Assembly: GCA_019058445.1 (NCBI GenBank)
Contig: JAHPZA010000005.1
Location: forward strand, 1 to 64,000
DNA length: 64,000 bases
Reading direction: 5' to 3'
Source: Promethearchaeota archaeon
GTDB lineage: Archaea > Asgardarchaeota > Lokiarchaeia > Sigyniarchaeales > SOKP01
The notes beneath the pieces were generated by a model. The model was not told the origin of the DNA. It ran no database searches and saw only the letters and a program-made list of their open reading frames with translations. This document shows, piece after piece, positions 43,555-53,801 of the stretch. The translations under genes and the position numbers were made by a program. The stretch's first letter is position 1. Each line of letters opens with the position of its first letter.

Positions 43555-46239
43555 TTATTTTAGAATAATATTGATTTTTTTAATGTTTTCCCCAGTTTCA
43601 ATAGAGATAAAATTTTCATCAATTATAGTGCGCTCTTTATCTTTCGTAATATCTTGTTGGTTAAATAATACAATTGATTCTTCTTTCCACCACTTAGGCT
43701 TAAAAATTCTAAACTTGAAATCTTGAAAGAATTCTAGATTTAGCTCGATCTTCATCAAATCTATTGAAGATTCTATTGAGAGGATAGGTGAATTAAATTG
43801 AAATTTTAGATCATCTAATTTAGGATGAATAGTTATTGAATCATAATTTGCTTCAATTCCAAGAATTTTGATTACGGATAATAAATAACAAGCGTGCACG
43901 TTGAGATTCATAAGGGGAAAATCGCACATTGGTGTAAGAAGGTGATAAAATGCTTCACCAGCATTTTCAGCATAGTCGGCAATATACGCATCAGGACCAC
44001 TCCAAATTCCATACCAAATATCGGGATATGCGTCTGCTCTCTGGGCAAGAGAATTTTTCTTTAATGAATTATAGGCTTTTTGAGGATCATATTGAGAATA
44101 ACCCCATGTTAACAGTGAATTCATGGCATGCCACACTCCCCCGTTCACGTCCCATCCTTCAGGTAAAATCCTATGTGGAGTTCTCTCAGCAGGAAATGAG
44201 ATGTATTGACCTATAGGGGAGGGTTTATCTAATGTATTGAAAATTTCATTGATTAATGCAGTAGCTCGTTCTTTTTCTAAAATCTTTGAAATTAAGAGCC
44301 AGTTATGGTGTTCCAAGTACATATTTTTATCTCCAATAGGATTATCATTGCCATCCCACCCTCTATAGAACCACTTGCCATTCCAAGTATGAATAACTGC
44401 TTGTTTTAAGTCCTCGTATTTTTCTTTACATAATTTAGCTAAATTTGGATTAAATCTTTCAAATAAAGGAATCGCTTTTGGAATAATATAAAGAGCAAAT
44501 GCTGAATTGAAGTTCGATTCTCCATATTTTATAAACTTCTTGCGATCTTGGACCATTAATGAGATTCCATCGGACCAATCTCCATCATTACACTTGATTA
44601 ATCCATGCTCTCCAAAACCCACCTTTTCTGAAAATAAATAATCGAAAGCAACATATAGCTTTTCAAGGACTGTTGATTCTTTCTTGGGAGGTCTGGAGTA
44701 AAAAGGTATTTTTTCGTGTAGAAAGGCAAAATCCCTTGTTGTATAGATATACTCCAGGATTCCCCATATTAGGAATATATAGAGATCCGAAGGTTTTGCA
44801 TGAACAGATCGGGTATATGTTTTGGCAAATCCATAAATACTGTAAGGTAATTTGCCATCTGGACGCATAAAGGAAATGGCATATGTTAAATACTCTTTAG
44901 CTAATTTAGGATCAATAAAAATTATTGAATTGAGGTATAACATATAATCTCTTATTGCTCCATCAAGCCCGTGTCCGAATAAATACACTGAACCTTGAGG
45001 AAATTTATGCAACCGAAAATACTCGTCGAAGACACAAGAACTTCGGGTATAATAAGAATGCCATCTGGTTTCGCGAGATAACCATGGATCTTTCTCACAG
45101 TTAAGTTCAATGAAGGAGTTTTTCCAGTTTTCAGCATTCCATGCAAGTATTGACGCGTCTGACGTGATTTCTCGATATTTCTCTATTAAAGTGGGTATCT
45201 CCTCTTCTTTACTATATCCGAAGATTAACACAATTTTCTGTACTTCATTTGGTTTTAAATCAATTTCAGTGCCAATTCCAAGACAGGGGTTTTTGATGTT
45301 CCTATGTGCAATTTGTTTTTCGGGAATAGCTGATTTATCCCATGTGAATTTTACATTATTATTTTTATTAATAATATTCTCGGAATTCCAAAAAACTCCT
45401 GTAGCTTTACCATGAATCATCGATAAGAATATTGTTTGGGGATAATAATTGTGTTTGGATGGTTCGTCTGGTTTAGAGGGTGGAGTTTTTTTATACTTTG
45501 GTCTAAGATAAATTGCTTGTGATTTGGAATGATAAGAAGAATTGAAATTAAATTTGTTATCAAACTTTCGCCTTGAACCATCTGTATCAGTTCCGGTAAA
45601 TTTCTGTGAAATCTTAATTAATTTCCCTATTAAATTGAGAATTTTGCTTTTACCAAATTTCTTTCTATTTTTCGCAGTTACCACTAAGGATCTTAATATA
45701 TGAAGCAAATAAATATCCCAAAGATCAAGAACTTTCACATTTTTAATCAATTCACTTTCAGAATTGTTGGAAATAATAATTTCCGAAATCAATACGGGAT
45801 CATCAGAAAAAGGAGTACAAATATTATGAGTTATATCTAAATTTTGTCTTATCATCCTTTTTTGAAAATAGCCAATTCCGAAAATCCGTTCAAAATTATA
45901 TTTCTTATCGGAATTTTCATTATCATATAAATCAGACCATAATACTTGGGAATTTCCTTTGCTAAAAAAAGCAATCCCTCCTCCAAACCTTTTTCTTTTC
46001 TCATTCCTATACGTTAACCATTGGAATCCCCGATTTGATTCTAAAACTTGAACATAACCACCATTATGAACCGTTGCTGTTATCCTATCATTTCCAATTT
46101 GATGAAAATGGTCAGCTGAAAATCCGTATGTAGTAGGAGTTTTAGCTATTGGTTCAATATATTGATTACAAGTATAGTTATATGCCGGTAAATTATAACT
46201 ATCGGTTATCCAATGTCCAAAATTACCATTTCCTTTCAT
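43555..46239 (-). CDS. GH94-like glycoside phosphorylase (alpha6/alpha6 barrel)
   Basis: GEHGL...GDWSDG (DWND-like catalytic motif), GES, WNGKWFYRG, NGGVW. Confidence 0.75.
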   Translation of the reverse strand: MKGNGNFGHWITDSYNLPAYNYTCNQYIEPIAKTPTTYGFSADHFHQIGNDRITATVHNGGYVQVLESNRGFQWLTYRNEKRKRFGGGIAFFSKGNSQVLWSDLYDNENSDKKYNFERIFGIGYFQKRMIRQNLDITHNICTPFSDDPVLISEIIISNNSESELIKNVKVLDLWDIYLLHILRSLVVTAKNRKKFGKSKILNLIGKLIKISQKFTGTDTDGSRRKFDNKFNFNSSYHSKSQAIYLRPKYKKTPPSKPDEPSKHNYYPQTIFLSMIHGKATGVFWNSENIINKNNNVKFTWDKSAIPEKQIAHRNIKNPCLGIGTEIDLKPNEVQKIVLIFGYSKEEEIPTLIEKYREITSDASILAWNAENWKNSFIELNCEKDPWLSRETRWHSYYTRSSCVFDEYFRLHKFPQGSVYLFGHGLDGAIRDYMLYLNSIIFIDPKLAKEYLTYAISFMRPDGKLPYSIYGFAKTYTRSVHAKPSDLYIFLIWGILEYIYTTRDFAFLHEKIPFYSRPPKKESTVLEKLYVAFDYLFSEKVGFGEHGLIKCNDGDWSDGISLMVQDRKKFIKYGESNFNSAFALYIIPKAIPLFERFNPNLAKLCKEKYEDLKQAVIHTWNGKWFYRGWDGNDNPIGDKNMYLEHHNWLLISKILEKERATALINEIFNTLDKPSPIGQYISFPAERTPHRILPEGWDVNGGVWHAMNSLLTWGYSQYDPQKAYNSLKKNSLAQRADAYPDIWYGIWSGPDAYIADYAENAGEAFYHLLTPMCDFPLMNLNVHACYLLSVIKILGIEANYDSITIHPKLDDLKFQFNSPILSIESSIDLMKIELNLEFFQDFKFRIFKPKWWKEESIVLFNQQDITKDKERTIIDENFISIETGENIKKINIILK

Positions 46240-46319
46240 AATTTTAAATCTCTCTTAATCAATAAGTAGAATTTATTATGTCTTATAATAGACGTTTTTA
46301 ATTAACAGGCAAGACTTTC

Positions 46320-46907
46320 CTATTCAATCGTCGCATGCCGTTTATCAATATCTTCTTCTGAAATCTTTAATATTCTAATTAAAGTCCCTCCTATTGAATC
46401 TAATACCGATAGGGCAGAAATATCAAATAGACTAGTGTAAGGGGCTAAGGTTTTTTGAGAAGTGGCTTTATCCTTACTTTTTCCCTCTATTTGTATAGTG
46501 CAATTGGATATTTTACCTATTGAACTACTTACATTACCGGTTAATAAAGCAATTTTTCCACCTATTTTTTTCGCTTTATTAGCAATTGCAACTGGAGAGG
46601 TTGTTTCACCACTACCACTAATTAAGATAAGTAAGTCTTCCTTTGTATATTGATAGGTAACCGCATCGGATACAAAGCAAGAATTAATTCCTAAGTGCAT
46701 TAATCTTTGAGCAAAACAACGTCCAATAAAACCAGACCTACCAGCTCCATAGACAAATACCATATTTTCAGAATCTTTTACATGGAGAATTAAATCGATC
46801 AATTGAAAGATTTTAGTATCGTCAATTATATTCTCATTTTTTTTTACTTGATTCGCAATTTCAGTCATAGTGTTGTGAAAAATGTCTTTAATCTCATCTC
46901 TATCCAT
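46320..46907 (-). CDS. hxlB: 6-phospho-3-hexuloisomerase (SIS)
   Basis: VYGAGRSG, RLMHLG, ISGSGET, C-terminal RHATIE. Confidence 0.88.
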   Translation of the reverse strand: MDRDEIKDIFHNTMTEIANQVKKNENIIDDTKIFQLIDLILHVKDSENMVFVYGAGRSGFIGRCFAQRLMHLGINSCFVSDAVTYQYTKEDLLILISGSGETTSPVAIANKAKKIGGKIALLTGNVSSSIGKISNCTIQIEGKSKDKATSQKTLAPYTSLFDISALSVLDSIGGTLIRILKISEEDIDKRHATIE

Positions 46908-46912
46908 CTTTT

Positions 46913-48157
46913 TTACTCCTCTTTATATTTTTCTGGATTAACACATCTCCGCCATTCTTCTACAGTTTCTTTCGGCCCTAAACCAATAATCAAATCACCT
47001 TCATCAAAAATAAAATCAGGTTTAAAACTATAAATCCATTTATCCTCTCTTTTTAATGCTATAATATGAAAACCTCTTTTATAGCGTTTATCTTGTAGGT
47101 CATGATAAGACTTTCCCCTAAAATAAGAATCCTCAGAAAGATTTTCACGGACGACAATCTCGTCAGTTTCTCGAATTGCTTTTTGTAAAATTCTATGAGG
47201 TTTAAATCCTTTTATTATATTTTCCGCTATATTTGCGGCGGCATCAGCTATTAATTCACATGAAAACACAATTCTCATAATCCCTGTGAGGTCACGTGGA
47301 GATTCAACCAAATGGGCAAAGTCTAAAAGATCCTTTTCAAAGGCAATATTTAGGCCATCCATTAATTCTTCCATTTCCAATATATCTTCTGCGAGTTCAT
47401 AATTATTAAAAAATAAAGATGCTAATGCTAACTCGATCATAGTTTCAGAAATATCAGTTATTTGAACATAAGTTCTTTTAAGTTCAGTTAATTGCTCATA
47501 AACCTCATCATTTTCAAACTTAAAATCAAATTTCTTCTTTTCTTTATCAATTTCAAAGGATAAGGGTTCTTCATCACAGCATAGTTTTTTCAAATCAATT
47601 ATTGGTTCAATTTCACCTTTAATTATTAAAATGTCATTTTCCATTACAAAATTTTCCCTATCGAAAAGCCATCGATCATTCCTTTTTATTGCAATCAAAT
47701 TAACTCCATGTTGAGACCTGAAATGTATTTCCTGTCGGGATTCCCCTATAAATTTGCATCCCTTGGTTACTTTGATTTTGATAATAGGTTCCGGTACGCC
47801 CCAAATTCCAAAAAATTGAGTAAAATCCGTAATATCACTATTAATATATACAACCCTCGCAATATCAGATAAAGCATCGCTGATTTTGTCAATAGAATAA
47901 CCCATAACTACAATTGGTTCTAATCTTTTTGCTTCTTTAATCCCTCCCGCTTGAGTTTGAATGATTTGAAAATTTAAGAGGTAGGTTAACTCATGAATTC
48001 TTCCTTCTAATCTATACGCCTCATCTGCTATTTCTTTGCTTCCGAACTTGATAGCACTATAGGCAATATCAATCATTAAGTCAATATTATGCTTCATTTC
48101 TCTTAGGATGTCCTTAAGGGATATGGGCTTATAGCTAAACTTTTTCTTAGGTTTCAT
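46913..48157 (-). CDS. Tandem PhoU + TrkA-C domain protein
   Basis: Two repeats of a PhoU-like helix bundle (LMIDIAYSA / TMIELALAS), each followed by TrkA-C (IAIKR...W). Confidence 0.85.
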   Translation of the reverse strand: MKPKKKFSYKPISLKDILREMKHNIDLMIDIAYSAIKFGSKEIADEAYRLEGRIHELTYLLNFQIIQTQAGGIKEAKRLEPIVVMGYSIDKISDALSDIARVVYINSDITDFTQFFGIWGVPEPIIKIKVTKGCKFIGESRQEIHFRSQHGVNLIAIKRNDRWLFDRENFVMENDILIIKGEIEPIIDLKKLCCDEEPLSFEIDKEKKKFDFKFENDEVYEQLTELKRTYVQITDISETMIELALASLFFNNYELAEDILEMEELMDGLNIAFEKDLLDFAHLVESPRDLTGIMRIVFSCELIADAAANIAENIIKGFKPHRILQKAIRETDEIVVRENLSEDSYFRGKSYHDLQDKRYKRGFHIIALKREDKWIYSFKPDFIFDEGDLIIGLGPKETVEEWRRCVNPEKYKEE

Positions 48158-48194
48158 ATGGTTTTATTCACTCATATTTTTCTATTTTTTGTTT

Positions 48195-48746
48195 CTATAT
48201 AAATATTATGATAAATATAATCAGCAGTAGAGGGGTTAAGAAATCTGCTAAAGATGTCACAAAAGGGATTAAGGTGTTGTTTGGATCTTTTCCCTTTTTG
48301 AATAAGTAAATCGAACTGATTAATAAAAATATAAACAAACAAAAAAACAATGAAAGCGTTGTTAAGATAATTATTAAGATAATTAAAAACGGATTTATTA
48401 TATTAAACCCTGTAGAAATTCCTATCATAAATCCTAATATAATTAAAACTAATAGGCTTAATAAAATCGTAATTAATAATCCAATAAAGTCCTGAAGTAA
48501 TCTTTCAGATTTTTGAACTTTAGGAGGGATTGAACCTATATAGAGGTGAGTTGTTAAACGAGAAGTTAAAACTGTACAAATATCTCCCGTCAAAGAATTG
48601 AGGGAGGGTAATATTAAGAGAATTATAGGAATGGCATAAATTATTTTCTCATTCATAGATAAAATAGTGCCTGAAAGAAGCCCCATAAGTGAGGAAATTA
48701 TAATGATAATGATTGATTCTTTAAAGATCTTTTTAAAATAATCCAT
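48195..48746 (-). CDS. MgtE integral-membrane domain, second half
   Basis: SRLTTHLYIG, KGKDPNN...VTSLADF. Confidence 0.85.
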   Translation of the reverse strand: MDYFKKIFKESIIIIIISSLMGLLSGTILSMNEKIIYAIPIILLILPSLNSLTGDICTVLTSRLTTHLYIGSIPPKVQKSERLLQDFIGLLITILLSLLVLIILGFMIGISTGFNIINPFLIILIIILTTLSLFFCLFIFLLISSIYLFKKGKDPNNTLIPFVTSLADFLTPLLLIIFIIIFI

Positions 48747-48747
48747 T

Positions 48748-49302
48748 TTAAGGAACCCCCAACATTAAAAGTGTAAAATAAAAACAGATAACAGTAAAAA
48801 AGTCATCAACAGCAGTCATTATTGGATTTACAATATTATTGGGATTTAATCCGAACCTAAAAGCTAAATAATTCAAGAATGTTGATGTTGGAATTGAAAT
48901 AGAGAGGGTTAAAAGAATTGCAATAATCGGGATTATAATAAGCATTTCCATCGAAAGAATTTTTTTTTTTATTAAAAAAAGATCGAGCATAATACTAAAG
49001 ATTCCAATTAAAATCGCTGTGACAATAGAAAGAGCATAGGTGGAAAGTACGTTTTCTATCCAAGATCTTTTATCAAATTCTCCAATTATTAAATCTTTAG
49101 AGGTTCTAGCTATAAATGGCCCGCTTAAATTTCCTCTCAGTGACAATAAGGCAGGAATTATGAGGATTAATATAATGAAGCTTTTAAAATTTAATAATAT
49201 AAGCGTTAGAATTACACCGGCAAGAATATCTCCGATTATCGAGACGATCTCGGATGGGAACGTTTCTTTGACAATCCTTCCCTTTGTATCTTGGCTTTCC
49301 AT
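48748..49302 (-). CDS. MgtE integral-membrane domain, first half
   Basis: PALLSLRGN, GLNPNNIVNPIMTAVDD. Confidence 0.85.
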   Translation of the reverse strand: MESQDTKGRIVKETFPSEIVSIIGDILAGVILTLILLNFKSFIILILIIPALLSLRGNLSGPFIARTSKDLIIGEFDKRSWIENVLSTYALSIVTAILIGIFSIMLDLFLIKKKILSMEMLIIIPIIAILLTLSISIPTSTFLNYLAFRFGLNPNNIVNPIMTAVDDFFTVICFYFTLLMLGVP

Positions 49303-49602
49303 CTTACATCATCATCATAATAGAATAAGATTTTGGAATTACTTTCCGGCATAATTTTATAATACTTTTAATTTTGAAATTTATTAAAAATTTCTTAATA
49401 AAGTGTAAGATTTTTTATAGAATTTGAATTCGAGAAGGATATATTATTAAACGAACCGATATGGTAATATGAGTTTTACTACTCAAGCTTTTATATTGAA
49501 CGATAACCTATATTAGGTGAAGTTATAAATATAGAGATCTCATATAAATTAATTATAAGAATCCAATTTCTGGGTAAAATTCATTAACGGAGGTTTAGAA
49601 TT

Positions 49603-50817
49603 ATGACGTATGTAAGGGTTTGGGATCCTCTTGAACGTTTTTTATTTGCAATGGCAATTACATTCCTAGTTATGTGTACATTCCTGTATATTTTAAGAGG
49701 AAAAAAAAGAGAGAATTTTACCGAAAGAATTATGATGTATGGATTTGCTTGTATTTTTATTCATCATGCAATTGGCTTCTTTTTTATTTATTTAAGAGCT
49801 TTTGCAATTCCAGGATTTTACATAGACTTTATATATTATGGTGATTATGAAAAGATTGGTCCAACTTATAAAACCCTCTCTAAATTAGTTTATGTTTCAA
49901 CTGCAGTTACTTATATATTTTTTCTGTTAGCGTTTGAAATAAGTGTCAAACGAACGAAATATATTCTTACAACTATTCAAGTAATAATATCAATAATTAT
50001 AATAATATTACCTTATGAGTCTGCACGTCTTTTTCATCACATAATTTACTATCCATTTAGAACAATTTCACTTATGATTATTTTTTATTTATTTACAAAA
50101 TGGTCAAGGATTGAGTTTAAAGCAGTTTCTTCCTTTTTATTGGTCGGAATTGGTATAATTATGGTGGGTAGCACTTTAGCTAGTCGAGATGTGGTAATGC
50201 TGAATATAGTTCCTTTATACATATATCCTCCATTAATGATTTTAGGGACTTTTATTGCTATTTTACCATTAATCATGGATCCCAAACACTTTTCTAAAGC
50301 TTTATTCTTATGGAAATTAAATGGGGCTATTGTAATCAGCATTTTATGTGGTTTTTACGTCTTTTTTATTTATTACTTTGGCTTTTTCTATTATAATTCA
50401 CTCATTTTAGTACTCTATACTTCGATCTTCTTATATATTTATTATCTTACAATAAGTATTATTAAAAATGAACAACGCTTAGATAGTAAAGATGTATCTA
50501 AAGAAAATATTATAGAAAAAAGGGCGAATATTTTAGGGATTTTTACTAGACCTGAAAAAATTACCGAAGAAGAAGTCTCGATTTCAAAGGAAAAGAAGAT
50601 TTGCTTAGTTTGTAAAGGAAAAGTCTCTGGAATCAATTTCTTATGCCGGGAATGCGAGAGTTTTTATTGTGAAAAATGTTATAATGCTTTGATAGGTATA
50701 GAGAACTTGTGTTGGGCCTGTGATGCCGTACTCGACGAGTCCAAACCTTTTAAACGACTAGAGAAAGAAGAAAAAGAAACCCTGGTCGATGAGAAGGTTC
50801 GTAAGGAAAAACTTTAA
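49603..50817 (+). CDS. Multi-pass membrane protein with a C-terminal C4C4 Zn finger
   Basis: About 9 hydrophobic segments, then C-x2-C-x10-C-x2-C-x4-C-x2-C-x10-C-x2-C; GGAGGT RBS. Confidence 0.85.
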   Translation: MTYVRVWDPLERFLFAMAITFLVMCTFLYILRGKKRENFTERIMMYGFACIFIHHAIGFFFIYLRAFAIPGFYIDFIYYGDYEKIGPTYKTLSKLVYVSTAVTYIFFLLAFEISVKRTKYILTTIQVIISIIIIILPYESARLFHHIIYYPFRTISLMIIFYLFTKWSRIEFKAVSSFLLVGIGIIMVGSTLASRDVVMLNIVPLYIYPPLMILGTFIAILPLIMDPKHFSKALFLWKLNGAIVISILCGFYVFFIYYFGFFYYNSLILVLYTSIFLYIYYLTISIIKNEQRLDSKDVSKENIIEKRANILGIFTRPEKITEEEVSISKEKKICLVCKGKVSGINFLCRECESFYCEKCYNALIGIENLCWACDAVLDESKPFKRLEKEEKETLVDEKVRKEKL

Positions 50818-50828
50818 GATATTACCTA

Positions 50829-52022
50829 TTAGATCTCATATTTCATTTTCATTACAAGAGCATTTATAATTAAAATGAAAAGTATTATGATACCCAAAAT
50901 ATAAAACATATTTGCTGAATAAAGTTCAGCGAAATACCCCCCAATGAGGGCGCCTAAGAAATTGCCAAACCATCCGAGACTTAATACTAAACCGAATCCA
51001 AATCCGATTCTTTTCGGGTGTACAAAATTATTCACCGCTGACAATAGTTGGGGATAAATAATATAAAGTAAAAAGCCCACAATGCCAAAAAAAACCAATG
51101 TTATAAACAAATCATTAATATTTAGATAGATGTATAATGTAAAAAGGCAAATTAATAAGCTACTAACTATAATAATGGATTTACTCATCCCGAGCTTCGA
51201 CTTAAAAATCCCCGATGAATAAGCACCTACTACACCAAAAAGGATTGTAAACCCTAATATTAATCCCGAAAATTCGGAGACTATACCGGTTTTTTCAACT
51301 CTAAGATAAGTTGCCAGATTTGTAATTACCATTGTATATGCGGCGGCATAAATGATATAAGTACCAATAATTAAGCCTATTAAAGAGTTCTCGGGTTTGT
51401 TCACTTCATAATTCTCTAAGTTCATATCTAAAATAGTTTGATCTAAGTAGTAATCTTCAAATTTTACATTTCTGAAGTTAACTATAATTATTATAAATAA
51501 AATAAAAGTCATCAATGACCACGTTATCAAAGCGAATTGCCATGTGAAAATGAGAATTATGAGTGCAGATAAAAACACAGCTACACATTTGCCCATGTCT
51601 CCTGCAGCACCTTGACGTCCTAACATAATATCTCTTTCTTCGATAAACATTTTGCTAGTAGTTGCATAAGAAATAGAGTGCTGAAATCCTAAAGCGACAC
51701 CGATGAGGGTAGCGAATATCAATAAACTTATAAAGTCATAAGAAAATATAATTAAAAATGATGCTAAAGCCAAAAGAAATATACCTATTTTTAATAGAAA
51801 TTCGGAATATCTATCCGTGAAATATCCTACAATAACTTGAGATAAAGTCAATGCTAACGCATTAAAGGCAAAAATCACGCCTGTCTGAAACCAGTTTAAA
51901 TTAAACGTTATAAAGAAACTGGCCATTAATATCGGTAATATAAAGGTTAAACCATCATTTAGAAAATGATATGAATAAAGCCGATTCTGGATATAACTTC
52001 GTTTATCTTTATGTGTGCTCAT
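50829..52022 (-). CDS. MFS transporter (Fsr-like)
   Basis: HFLNDG, QVIVGYFTDRY, GFQH; 12 TM segments. Confidence 0.88.
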   Translation of the reverse strand: MSTHKDKRSYIQNRLYSYHFLNDGLTFILPILMASFFITFNLNWFQTGVIFAFNALALTLSQVIVGYFTDRYSEFLLKIGIFLLALASFLIIFSYDFISLLIFATLIGVALGFQHSISYATTSKMFIEERDIMLGRQGAAGDMGKCVAVFLSALIILIFTWQFALITWSLMTFILFIIIIVNFRNVKFEDYYLDQTILDMNLENYEVNKPENSLIGLIIGTYIIYAAAYTMVITNLATYLRVEKTGIVSEFSGLILGFTILFGVVGAYSSGIFKSKLGMSKSIIIVSSLLICLFTLYIYLNINDLFITLVFFGIVGFLLYIIYPQLLSAVNNFVHPKRIGFGFGLVLSLGWFGNFLGALIGGYFAELYSANMFYILGIIILFILIINALVMKMKYEI

Positions 52023-52162
52023 TAAGGTTATAAGCGCTTTATAATATAAAAATTTCTTTTTTTATATCCAAAATTAGAAGTTTAGCTCTAATTTGAATCT
52101 TTAAGTTTTAAATAATAAAAAAAAGTAATAAAAATTTTAAAAAAAATGTCATACAACAATTT

Positions 52163-53449
52163 TTAGGCAAATAGAGCTTCTTCAAAACCCAAAACATATG
52201 CAAAATATAGACAAATAAAAGCTGCGACCATAATAAGTAAGAAAAGTATTATTTTTCCTTTTTTAGTTTGAAAAAACCCACCAGTTTCATCGATCATTTC
52301 TGGACGATTCATATATTTCAAATTAATGGTCTTTGGTTTTCGAATCTCCAATGTGCCCAATTGCATAAATTCACTTGCCCGAATTCTTACGTTATTTACC
52401 CATCTTTCATGATAGTAAGATAAATATACCAGCGTTACTAAAAAGGGTGCTGCGGCACACATACCGATTATAAGAACAAACCACAAAAGAGTTGTGGTAT
52501 ACAATTGAATCGCCAGTTCTGGTCTCGACATTAATTTTGAATAACTCATCTGTTCACCTCCGGTTAACAGAGCAGTTGCCAACTCTTGAGCTAAATTAAA
52601 TACCAAAACAATCCCAAAGAATCCCAGGATTTTACTGATTGGTCCAGTTCTTAAATAATAGCCCAGACGGACAGAGTCCTGATTTTCATTGACTCGGTAT
52701 GCTTGAGTATCTTCCGCTATCCATAATACAGGCATAATAAACGTCAGAATCAGTAAAGTAAATGGACCCATATATATCGTTATATCAATCATCAATTCTT
52801 CGATATTCCAATACCATTCATATTTGGTAATATAAGGGTCATAAATTGCTGACCAAAGAAATGGTGCTGTAATTTGAGCGATTATAACACTCATACCTAT
52901 AGAAATAAATAATACTTCCATAACCCTCTTGATAAAAATCTTTAAATGAACAAAATCACTTCCTAGATCTAAATCTACGGGATAAGCTTCAAGATAATAA
53001 ATATCTTTGGTTCTCATCGGATATCCAAGAAAAATTTCAGTGAATTTTGGTCTCTTTTTCTCTACTGTTTTTCTTAAATATTTCACAATGCTGTTTGAGG
53101 CAATTCGCGAACCAATCTGACCCCACGCTAATATGGGAACTATCGTAATCACAAGAAAAACGAGAGGTACAAAATAATATGGAAAAATGGGATATGTTTC
53201 AAGATCATAATACTCAGGATAAAAAGCCAGCATGTAGAATCCAGTGAAATAAAAGAATTGAATAGAGAATAGTATCGCAAAAATTATAAAAAGAATGATG
53301 CGTCTCTTTTTCGGTACAATTACATCGAATTTGTCATCGGCACTTTCTATATTCAAATGCATGGGTTTTCTTTTATAAAGATAAGCCTCTTTCTCTGAGC
53401 TATTTTCTTTTTCTATATAGTCTTTATTATTGTTTGACATAGGTATCAA
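52163..53449 (-). CDS. Hypothetical multi-pass membrane protein
   Basis: About 7 hydrophobic segments; no family recognised. Confidence 0.75.
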   Translation of the reverse strand: MIPMSNNNKDYIEKENSSEKEAYLYKRKPMHLNIESADDKFDVIVPKKRRIILFIIFAILFSIQFFYFTGFYMLAFYPEYYDLETYPIFPYYFVPLVFLVITIVPILAWGQIGSRIASNSIVKYLRKTVEKKRPKFTEIFLGYPMRTKDIYYLEAYPVDLDLGSDFVHLKIFIKRVMEVLFISIGMSVIIAQITAPFLWSAIYDPYITKYEWYWNIEELMIDITIYMGPFTLLILTFIMPVLWIAEDTQAYRVNENQDSVRLGYYLRTGPISKILGFFGIVLVFNLAQELATALLTGGEQMSYSKLMSRPELAIQLYTTTLLWFVLIIGMCAAAPFLVTLVYLSYYHERWVNNVRIRASEFMQLGTLEIRKPKTINLKYMNRPEMIDETGGFFQTKKGKIILFLLIMVAAFICLYFAYVLGFEEALFA

Positions 53450-53801
53450 TTAAGATAATTGTCTTTAAAAATTTTTTAGATTCAAAAACCACATTATTAA
53501 TGAAAATGAAAACAGATAAGCATTCATTCTTACTTCAGAAAATCAATACAAGAAAGTATATCTCATAAACATGGGTTGTCTAGTTCATATTAATGTAAAT
53601 ATTTTTAATGCAGTAATGGTTAGAAATAATTTATTTTATCCAATTAGTGTTAATTAAGATTTAATTAATAAATAACTCCAATTGCCTCAATTTAAGGGAA
53701 AGTAAATATATTCATAATTGAAATATTAAAAGACGCTCTTGAATAAAAACATAAATTGGTAAGATTTTATTAAAATCAAAAGCTTTTCAATCTCTAGTTT
53801 T

